This document shows, piece by piece, positions 7,711 to 16,340 of a stretch of 16,340 bases of DNA. Under the pieces are notes generated by a model, which had not been told where the DNA came from, ran no database searches, and saw only the letters and a list, made by a program, of their open reading frames with translations. The first letter of the stretch is position 1, and each line of letters starts with the position of its first letter. Source of the DNA: Octopus sinensis (lineage: Eukaryota); the NCBI RefSeq assembly GCF_006345805.1, contig NW_021825192.1, forward strand, positions 1 through 16,340, written 5' to 3'. Both the position numbers and the translations under genes were made by a program.

Positions 7711-8384
7711 TAAAAAAGAGGTTCTTTTACTTCAACTCATGTCTTGTATAAAGCATGACCTGCAAACTTTCCTTCCTCTAAGTGCACAAAATTTGATTTA
7801 CCTCGCTCAAACTCAGCATAAACGGTTGAGTATGACCTCAGACATACACGTGAGAAGATAGTACATCGGAAAGAAAATGGCTCGGATCTCGTTAGTTTGA
7901 CTGCCAACATTTCAAAAATTAAAGTTTATCGAAAATTTTAAAATTTGGCACAATAATATACTTTTTCAAGCTGAATTGCTGGAGCTACTTAACTTTTTCT
8001 AGAAAAATGTTTTCAAAAAGTTATAGAGGTTTAAAGTTTGATCATTTTTACCCAGTCAGGGAAACATAGGATTTAGAAGTGTGTGACTGCACATTTTGTC
8101 GTCAATATCCTGAAAATAGCACGTGTGGTTAATATTTGTAATTTAACCACATTACCATTATGCAGTTTAAGCGAACCCTGCTCTTCTTCTCCCCCCTATT
8201 TTTACTCCCCGCTCCTCAATCTGAAACCCAACCAACAGGCATACGATTCGAATTCACATTCCAACTTCATCTGCAATATCTAAGCTTACACTTCCAGTCC
8301 TGTACTTTCCCGAGTTCGTTTAATTAAAAGTATAATCACCCCTGCACCCATATTTAATGTTCTACTACATACATACACAATGTA

Positions 8385-8790
<406 letters not shown>

Positions 8791-9182
8791 CAAAGGAGTG
8801 CATATTTGTGGTTAGATGCCACAGCTGGTGTATTTGCGCGAGTATGTTGTGTGATTGTGTGTTAATTCAGTTGTTAAAAATATACACCACACACACACAC
8901 ACACACACACCCATTAACATCCCATGGCGGATTGAGAATAGAAAACAACAACCACGAGGACTACAAGAGACAAGGGGATCGTCGTCACATAGTACCGAAA
9001 CATTAACCTACAAACATCCACATACCAGAGCGATGAGTGAACTGTGCTGACCTGGCAATAGAATTTGACGCATGCGCACAGGCGCAGAAATAGTTGTAGC
9101 TTCGGTTCCAGTCGTCTGCTTGAAAACACCTGCTTACTTTTATGTCAGTATGTCATGTTGCGTTGTGTTGTTGTTGCATTGT

Positions 9183-9666
<484 letters not shown>

Positions 9667-9930
9667 ATAATGGTACCGGATCTCCGTCATTCAACGACGA
9701 GCATTCAGTTAATTGATCAACTGATTGACTTAGCATATAGATGGTTGAATATTCCACAAACATGCATTCTTAACGAAATTCTAAGGCAGTACTTTTTGCA
9801 TTTCAGAGACTATCAGTCCCAGATGGGTCTCTGCATAGTTTCCGCATATTCTGTTCCACTTACAGGGTCTGACGCGACCCCGAGCTTTAAAATAAATTGA
9901 GTTTCTTCAGATGTCATAAAGTTGTTTCTA

Positions 9931-9932
<2 letters not shown>

Positions 9933-9982
<50 letters not shown>

Positions 9983-9992
9983 TGTGTGGTGT
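9933..9992. repeat. (TG)n microsatellite
   Basis: Direct reading. Confidence 0.97.
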
Positions 9993-10000
9993 GAAGACAA

Positions 10001-10260
10001 GGCGCGTGGCTTAACGATTAGGGTATTCGGATCGCGGTCGTGAGTTCGATTTCCGGTGTTGTTTCCTTGAGCAAGACACTTTATTTCACGTTTCTTCAGC
10101 CTACTCTGGGGCAAAACAGAATAGTACCTGTATTTCAAAGGGCCAACCTTGTCACGTTGAATCTCCCTGAGAACTATGTTAAGGTTACGCGTGTCTGTGG
10201 AGTGCTCAACTACTTTAGCGCTAATTTCACGAGCAGGTTTTCCCGTTAATCGGAGTGCAA
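10001..10260 (+). mobile_element. tRNA-derived SINE (family 3)
   Basis: ggcgcgtggcttaacgattag (A-box-like) and gagttcgatttcc (B-box-like), followed by tccttgagcaagacacttta, the motif that follows the tRNA head in many metazoan core-domain SINEs, then the body sequence. Confidence 0.8.
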
Positions 10261-10380
10261 CCTTTATAGCTGTCTATGTATATATGTGTTTATGTATGTG
10301 TGCATATGTATCTTAGTGTATATATGTATACACACACACACACACACATACACACGCTTGCACGCATACACACATATATA

Positions 10381-11188
10381 TGAGGAATGTTCAAAAAGGA
10401 TCCGTGGGCAAAATCTTACGGGTGGGAGATGACGCCACCCTTCCTGCGTTAGTTCTCAGCTGTTACGTCTAGAGTGTACAGATGTGTTGTGCACACTTGT
10501 CGGATTTTCGGTTTCACCCAACGCATCGAGCAGAAATATTATATCAAGTTTTGCCAAAAGCTCAAGCCATCAAGAAGATTTAGTAGGCCTTTGGCGATGA
10601 TACAAACGCTTCAAACATATCTGTACCTCAGTGGAGAGCGGGATACACTCTGGTAGGCAATTCCCAAGGCGAAACGAGGAGCCGATTGAGAAGGTTTGGC
10701 AAATAGCCATAGAAGACCGTCGTGTAACAATCCAGGAAATTCCTCACGAAGTAGGAATAAGCAAAAGATCAGTGCATCTCATTTTTAACGGAGGATTTGT
10801 ACACGCGGAGAGTGTCGGCGAAATTCGTCCTCGGGTGCTAGCAGAGCAGAAGAAGCAACTTTGCATGGAGATCACTCAGGACATGTTGGACTGAGCAAAC
10901 CACGACCCAGCCTTCATGAAGATCATCATCACCTGTGATGAAACAAGGGTTTATGGTCTCTACTCGATGCATTTGGCTATCTTGTGTGCAAACGAAAATC
11001 CGACGAGCCTGCACTACACGTTTGTACTCTAGGCGTAACAGCCAGGAACTGGCGCGGCTTACCGGCGTGGAAATTTTTACGCATGCTCAGGAAGGTTTGC
11101 GTTATATGCCACGCAGAGGATTTTGGCAACGTGGCATTAGTTTTGGCGGGAAAAAATAAGAATGGATTCTTTTTCAACGCACAACTTA
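10381..11188 (+). mobile_element. Mariner-family DNA transposon derivative with fold-back ends
   Basis: Flanked by TA (10379-10380, 11189-11190). Left end tgaggaatgttcaaaaaggatcc; right end reverse complement taagttgtgcgttgaaaaagaatcc. Carries a transposase remnant at ~10520-10960. Confidence 0.8.
10520..10960 (+). pseudogene. Mariner transposase N-terminal fragment (HTH domains to first catalytic Asp)
   Basis: Fragments QRIEQKYYIKFCQKL; AFGDD; KRFK; SGIHSGR..IEKVWQIAIEDRRVTIQEIPHEVGISKRSVHLI; RRVSAKFVP (WVPHEL-linker equivalent); EQKKQLCMEITQDMLD*ANHDPAFMKIIITCDETRVYG (GDETW motif). Truncated after this point. Confidence 0.9.
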
Positions 11189-11189
11189 T

Positions 11190-11350
11190 AGAAGATAGAG
11201 GAAGAGAGAAAGGGAGGGGGGAGAGAAAAAATAAAAAAGGCCCCAGAAAGAGAGACAGAGAGAGAGAGAAACAGACAGAGAAAGAGAAACAGACAGACAG
11301 AGAAACAGAGAGAGAGAGAGAGAGAAAAATAGAGAGGGAGGGAGATGGAG
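11190..11350. repeat. GA-rich / (GAGA)(GACA) low-complexity tract
   Basis: Direct reading. Confidence 0.9.
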
Positions 11351-11359
11351 ATATTCTTT

Positions 11360-11565
11360 GATGTTGTTGCTTAACTCCCGTGTCAGCTCTAGCGAGTTGA
11401 AATATGATCAAAGGCTTTCCTGCCGTGGCCATTCCCTCTTTTTCCTATCGGTGGTGAACTCGGCAGTGCATTATCCAGCATGTTATAAGACAATAGGATG
11501 TAATTTAAAGGAGATTTGGTTGCTATTTCTAGCACGATGAGCGGCCGCATAGAGGATCCGTCATT
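11360..11565 (+). mobile_element. Probable degenerate interspersed repeat (unclassified)
   Basis: tatgatcaaaggctttcctgccgtggccattccc..gagatttggttgctatttctagca..tagaggat resembles an abundant Octopus repeat from memory. No second copy in the window. Confidence 0.35.
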
Positions 11566-12280
11566 ATGTTTGATGTGCTTTTGATGTTCAAGGCTTTCGG
11601 TGTTTTGGTGGCTGTTACGATGTTCGCACTTATGGACCGGCAGTGAATAGAGATGAGCACGTGTGTGTAAGTGTGCATGTGTGCTTGTGTGTGAGTGTGC
11701 GTGCGTGCGTGTAAGGGTGCGAGTGTGTGCGTGTGTGCGTGTGACAAACTCATCATCGGTGTACCGAGGCGTAATCTACCGACCCCCTTACCGACACAAG
11801 AACAAATGCACTCACACACACTCTCTCTCTCCCTACTAATGCCTATCTATATGTATATGAAAGTATATGTATGTGAAGTGTGTGTGTATATGTTACATTA
11901 AATATGATGCATAGATGACGCTTCCACCCCATCTCTCTGTATATATATATATATAAGAGAGAGAGATGTATCATATTTAATGTAACTACATCGTTGAAAG
12001 GCAAATTTTTTACTATGATACATAGAATGGCTATTTTAATTTAATAATGCGTCTATTGTATATAACGGATACATACAACGGATACACACATACGCTCGAA
12101 CGCTGTATTGTGGTTAAAGAATAAAAGACATGTGTTCAATGTATTTAGGGGTAAGAAACGTATTTCATGTATGACGGCCATATTGAAACCTACTGTCACC
12201 GAATGAGGCCAGTCAAGAAGTGAAGCTATTTTCACGGTAATTTTAAACATTTTCCTATTATAATTTATTACAATAATTTG

Positions 12281-12488
12281 GGGAGTGACAGAACCGTTAG
12301 CTCTCCGGGCAAAGGCTGATCGATATTACGTCCGTCCTTACGTTCTGAGTACAAATTCCGCCGAGGTCGGCTTTGCTTTTCATTTCTTCGAAGTCGATAA
12401 AATGAATACCAGTTGTGCACTGGAATCGATGTAATTGACTTCCTCACTTCTCAAATTTGCTGGCCTTGTGCCAATAGCAGAAAATATT
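12281..12488 (+). mobile_element. SINE family 2, copy A
   Basis: Aligns to the adjacent copy B: gttagc..ccggg..tacgttctgagt.caaattccgc.gaggtcg..gtcgataaaatga..tcgat.taat.gacttcctc..ggccttg. The B-box-like motif is gagtacaaattcc. Confidence 0.85.
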
Positions 12489-12498
12489 GGTACTAATT

Positions 12499-12702
12499 AA
12501 GGCGATCAACGGGCAGGGTCGTTAGCACGCCGGGTAAAATGCTTAGCGGTATTTCGTCTGCGCTACGTTCTGAGTTCAAATTCCGCAGAGGTCGACCTTG
12601 CATCTTCTCTCTTTAGGGTCGATAAAATGAGCACCGGGATCGATATAATCGACTTCCTCTTCTCAAAAAATTGTTGGCCTTGCACCAGAAATTAGAAAGA
12701 AT
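12499..12702 (+). mobile_element. SINE family 2, copy B
   Basis: aaggcga..gttagcacgccgggtaaaatgcttagcggtatttcgtctg..gagttcaaattcc (B box). Homologous to 12281-12488 and to 4735-4872 (minus). Confidence 0.85.
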
Positions 12703-12703
12703 T

Positions 12704-12770
12704 GCGCAAGCATGGCTGTGCAGTTACGAAGCTCGTTTTGCAACCATGTAATTCCGGGTTGCCAGTGCAC
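12704..12770 (+). mobile_element. SINE family 1 head fragment
   Basis: gcgcaagcatggctgtgcagttacgaagct..caaccatgtaattccgggtt is a tRNA-like head comparable to the minus-strand head at 4713-4650. Confidence 0.5.
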
Positions 12771-12824
12771 GTCATTCAAAAGGCTCTAAATGGCTGAAAT
12801 GCATCCGGCATACACACGTTAACA

Positions 12825-12929
<105 letters not shown>

Positions 12930-13404
12930 AAGCTGAAATGCGAAAAGTTTGTCTCATTTGGGGATTTGAACGGATTAAGGGGCACTAGATGGGGTCAGAT
13001 TGGCTCCAAAATACACAAAGACATGTAAAAAGAGGCAAGGAAATTAGTGGACTAGGTTAGAAACCTCTATCTCAAAAGCTGTGGTTACTAGGGCAACAAA
13101 TCCCACACTTTGACACGTGTTTGTGGTTTTTCTCTTTCGCATATCACCCTCTCTTCCTCCGTCTTTCTCTTTCCTTCTTTCCCTCTACTTTCTCTCTATA
13201 ACGACGTTTGACAGCTTCGCCGTCTCTCTGTCACTCTTTCTCCCACCACCTCTCTCTCACTGTAAGTCTGTCTGTATCTATAGAGAGAAAGCGTTGACAG
13301 CCGCAAATGTTTGAATATTCCCGCCATAGGTCTTTTAGAATGGTGAATTATTATCGCCCACCACCACCGCACAATCATAAAAGATATTGTTAATCAGATA
13401 TATT

Positions 13405-13600
13405 GTGTTAATATATATATATATATGTGTATATAAATACATATATATATAATGTGTATACATATGTATATATATATGTGTGTTGTGTATACATGTATAT
13501 ATAATGCGTGTTATATGTCATATTTAATGCGTATGTATGTATGAATATATATATATTATATATATCTATATATATATATAATTATTATATATTAATGTAT
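13405..13600. repeat. Degenerate (TA)n-rich microsatellite
   Basis: Direct reading. Confidence 0.93.
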
Positions 13601-14090
13601 GTAGAAAATCCAAGCATGGACAGAACGTATAACTCTTAAAAGACGATACCATAACAGGTACAGGACATTCGACCCCCTCAGTCTTCAGTCAAGAACGGAT
13701 CATCGTAGTAATTTCGGCTGATTATCTTTGATTACTAGATCACTGCCAGCCCTCAAGAAACCTAGAAGCACCGAGCATTAGAAAACTAAGCTGAAGCGTA
13801 ATTTCCTGAAGAAGGATCGAATGCATACGACACCAGGACAGCAAAAGGACAGATATAAAAAAACCAAAAACATAATGAATACAGAAACATGAATACAGAA
13901 GCATTAACGGCGGTGAACAACAAGTGTCTTCTACTGATAACAGCAACAAATTTTTTCTCTGGCGCATTGGAAAAAGCCTTATAGCGGCGGGACGAAAACA
14001 ACGATGTTAAACGACGAGGGTCAGGAGCTGAAGGCAATTTCGGCCAACATCCCACGTGACAGAGAAGAGGGAAAGAAGAAGAAGAGAATC
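13600..14090. mobile_element. Unclassified probable interspersed element bounded by (TA)n
   Basis: ~490 bp of complex, higher-GC sequence between TA tracts, with an internal 12-nt tandem duplication (atgaatacagaa twice, ~13877-13902) and a GAA-rich right end. No recognisable protein. Confidence 0.4.
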
Positions 14091-14101
14091 AATATATATA
14101 A

Positions 14102-14341
14102 TGTGTGGTCATATGTCGTCGTATTGAGCTGAAAATATGCACACCTATGTTAAAAGTTTTAGCGAGTTTGCATGGCAATTTTGAGTTTGCTCAATTGAAA
14201 TGGATGGCTACTAGGGCAAAATTCCTCGTCTTTTAAAATCTGGCCCGCGTAGACCAGAATGAAATCGGGTTATAATACCGGAACAAGTAAAACAATAATA
14301 AACTATTTTAATCCCGAGCAAGGCCGGGTATATATGCCTAA
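14102..14341 (+). mobile_element. Second Helitron-type 3' end (different family, degenerate)
   Basis: Hairpin cccg-agcaaggc-cggg (14313-14328), then 9 nt, then CTAA (14338-14341) followed by T. Confidence 0.55.
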
Positions 14342-14853
14342 TCCATAAAATGAAGGCGTACCTTGATACAAATTGGATTTTTATGTAAAAAGGTGTCTAA
14401 ATGGGGCTGGAAGGGGATTAAAATTTACACGAGGGAGTAACTTTAGGTGAGAAATTGATTGGGAGACGATTTGGGGCGCTACAGTGGTTGCTTTGGTGTG
14501 AAAACGGGGATTTCATTGATTTTTGGGGTACTTGGGGGTCTAGATTAGATACCTTTTGCCCGATTTCAATCAAATTTTCAACATGGTAAAGTGGAAGCGG
14601 ATTTGTAATTTAAACGCGGAAATCTAATTTTTTATAAATGGGAGAGAGGTAGATAGATAGAAAAAGATAGAGATTAAGAGAAAGCGAGGGAGAGTGCAAG
14701 AGAAAGGAAGTGTAAGAGAGTGGGAAAGTGAGAGGGAAAGGAGAGAGAAACAAAGAGGGAGAATGTGGCGATAAGAAACAGAAAGGAAGCAACAGAATGT
14801 AACAACCACCCTCTCACCCGCACGTAGAGCGGGGCACCTTAAGCTAGTCAATA

Positions 14854-15353
14854 TCTATAAAGCTGAAATGCGAAAAATGTTTGTCTCATTTTGGGATTGG
14901 AACGGGTTAAGGGGCACTAGATGGGGTTGGATTGACTCCAAAGTTTACAGGGACATGTAAAAAGAGGCGAGGAAGTGAGTAGACTAGAAGCCCCTATCTC
15001 AAAATCTGTGGTTATTAGGGCAACAAAACTCACACTTTGGCAAGTGTTTGTCGTTTTTCTCTTTCGCATATCATCCTCTCTTCCTCCATCTCCCTCTTTC
15101 CTTCCTTCCCTTCACATTCTCTCTATAACGACGTTCGACAGCTTCGCCGTCTCTCTGTCACACTTTCTCCCACCACATCTCTCACTGTACGTCTGTCTGT
15201 ATCTATAGAGAGAAAGCGTTGACAGCCGCAAATGTTTAAATATTCCCGCCACAGGTCTTTTAGAACGGTGAATTATTACGTTGATACAAATTGGATTTTT
15301 ATGTGAAAATAAATCTAAATTGGGCTGGAAGAGGATTAAAATATACAGGAGGG
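14854..15353 (+). mobile_element. Non-autonomous Helitron copy 2 (5' ~500 bp, 3' truncated)
   Basis: Starts A|TCtataaagctgaaatgcg (5' TC after A). Homologous to 12924-13353 and then to 14361-14435. Confidence 0.8.
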
Positions 15354-15409
15354 GGTGTTTAAGAATTTTCTGTTAAAAAATTTGCGCCAGCCTTTGAATG
15401 GGAGAGAGA

Positions 15410-16011
15410 TAAGTTATTTTATCGATATCCTTTGGCGAACGGCTAAGTTATTTTATCGATATCCTTTGGCGAACGGCTAAGTTATTTTATCGATATCCTT
15501 TCGCGAAACGCTATGTTATTTTATCGATATCGAATCCTTTGCAACCTCTAAGTAGTATTTTATGGATCACCTTTGGCGAACCGCTAAGTTATTTTATCGA
15601 TATCGATTGGCAAAGCACTAATTACTGTATCGATGTCATTTCGCGAACCGCTAATTATTTTTTCGATCTCTTTTGGCGAAACGCTTAGTTTTTTATCGAT
15701 CTTGATTGATGACCGCTAAGTTACTTCGTCGAACTCTCTTGGCGAACCGCTAAGTTAATTTATCGATCTCGATTAATGAACTGCTAAGTTATTTTTCGAT
15801 TTTCTTTGGCGAACGATCTCGATTGGCGAACCACTAAGTTATTTTATCTTTCTCTTTTGGCGAACCGCTAAGTTTTTTATCGATCTACTTTGGCGAACCG
15901 CCAAGTTATTTTATCAATTTCCTTTAGCGAACCTCTAAGTTATTTTATCGATCACCTTTGGTGAAACGGTAAGTTATTTTATCGAGCTCGATTGTCGAAC
16001 CGCTAAGTTAC
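15410..16011. repeat. 34-bp minisatellite, about 18 units; consensus taagttattttatcgatatcctttggcgaaccgc
   Basis: Head-to-tail units with no spacers. The first two units are identical and later ones have diverged. Confidence 0.97.
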
Positions 16012-16340
16012 TGAGGTAGGAATAAAAGTAATAAAAGTCATTATTGGGAATTGTTAAAGACAGTTAAATGCATACCGGTTTCGTAAAATTATTCATTGCT
16101 TTGAATGCACAGCGATTACTGAATATAATATATATGTTCCTACCGTAAGGCTTCACTTCCACACACGCCAGCTTTATTAATTCGCCCTTAGTCGAACGAC
16201 AACCAGTTTTGTAGACACTGTTGCTCTCTGACCGCATTCACTTTCGTCGTCAGAAATAATCCGTGTGCCAAGTACACAGCATTCAGCCGACAATCTCGTT
16301 ATGATCATCCTGTCTTCTTTGAGGACATGTTATATTCATT

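Noticed and set aside
7740-8050. Possible DNA-transposon end fragment (aaaatttggcac..aaaaagttatagagg..)
   Set aside because: No matching inverted repeat, TSD or second copy is visible in the window.
8912-9135. GC-richer island containing cgcatgcgca (NRF1-like palindrome) as a promoter
   Set aside because: A single short motif with no associated gene or other evidence.
10001-10075. tRNA gene
   Set aside because: It has A/B-box-like motifs but no complete cloverleaf, and it continues into a SINE body. The same applies at 4650-4713 and 12499-12590.
13670-13835. Hammerhead-like words (CTGAAGA/GAAA on minus; CTGAAGA at ~13806 on plus)
   Set aside because: Stem I and stem II cannot be formed adjacent to the cores, and the plus-strand candidate has GAAT instead of GAAA.
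15410-16011. CRISPR array
   Set aside because: The units are contiguous with no unique spacers, there are no cas genes, and the context is eukaryotic.
16012-16340. Possible host exon at the window end
   Set aside because: No ORF of 60 aa or more, no recognisable motif and no clear splice-site pair.

Overview
AT-rich eukaryotic DNA made almost entirely of microsatellites and transposon remnants. I found no supportable host gene, rRNA, tRNA or CRISPR array. The microsatellite load and the SINE families resemble a coleoid cephalopod (Octopus-like) genome; this rests on remembered repeat consensus sequences and is not verified. The most structured part is 630-4376, a nest of Penelope-like retroelement (PLE) pieces. 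It holds a 5'-truncated minus-strand RT + GIY-YIG element (coding remnant ~1388-2889) whose 3' end is repeated as a ~99% identical 362-bp inverted copy (1054-1417 / 3089-3450). It also holds four type I hammerhead-ribozyme motifs from three sequence families (767-816 +, 1101-1186 -, 3319-3404 +, 3879-3961 -), a 267-bp module with inverted ends, and a locally duplicated ~200-bp segment. Further along are a decayed R4/Dong-type non-LTR retrotransposon (~4880-7430, +), several tRNA-derived SINEs and a fold-back mariner derivative (10381-11188). The right end carries nested and adjacent non-autonomous Helitrons (12924-15353) and a 34-bp minisatellite (15410-16011). Nearly all ORFs in the supplied track are microsatellite artefacts.
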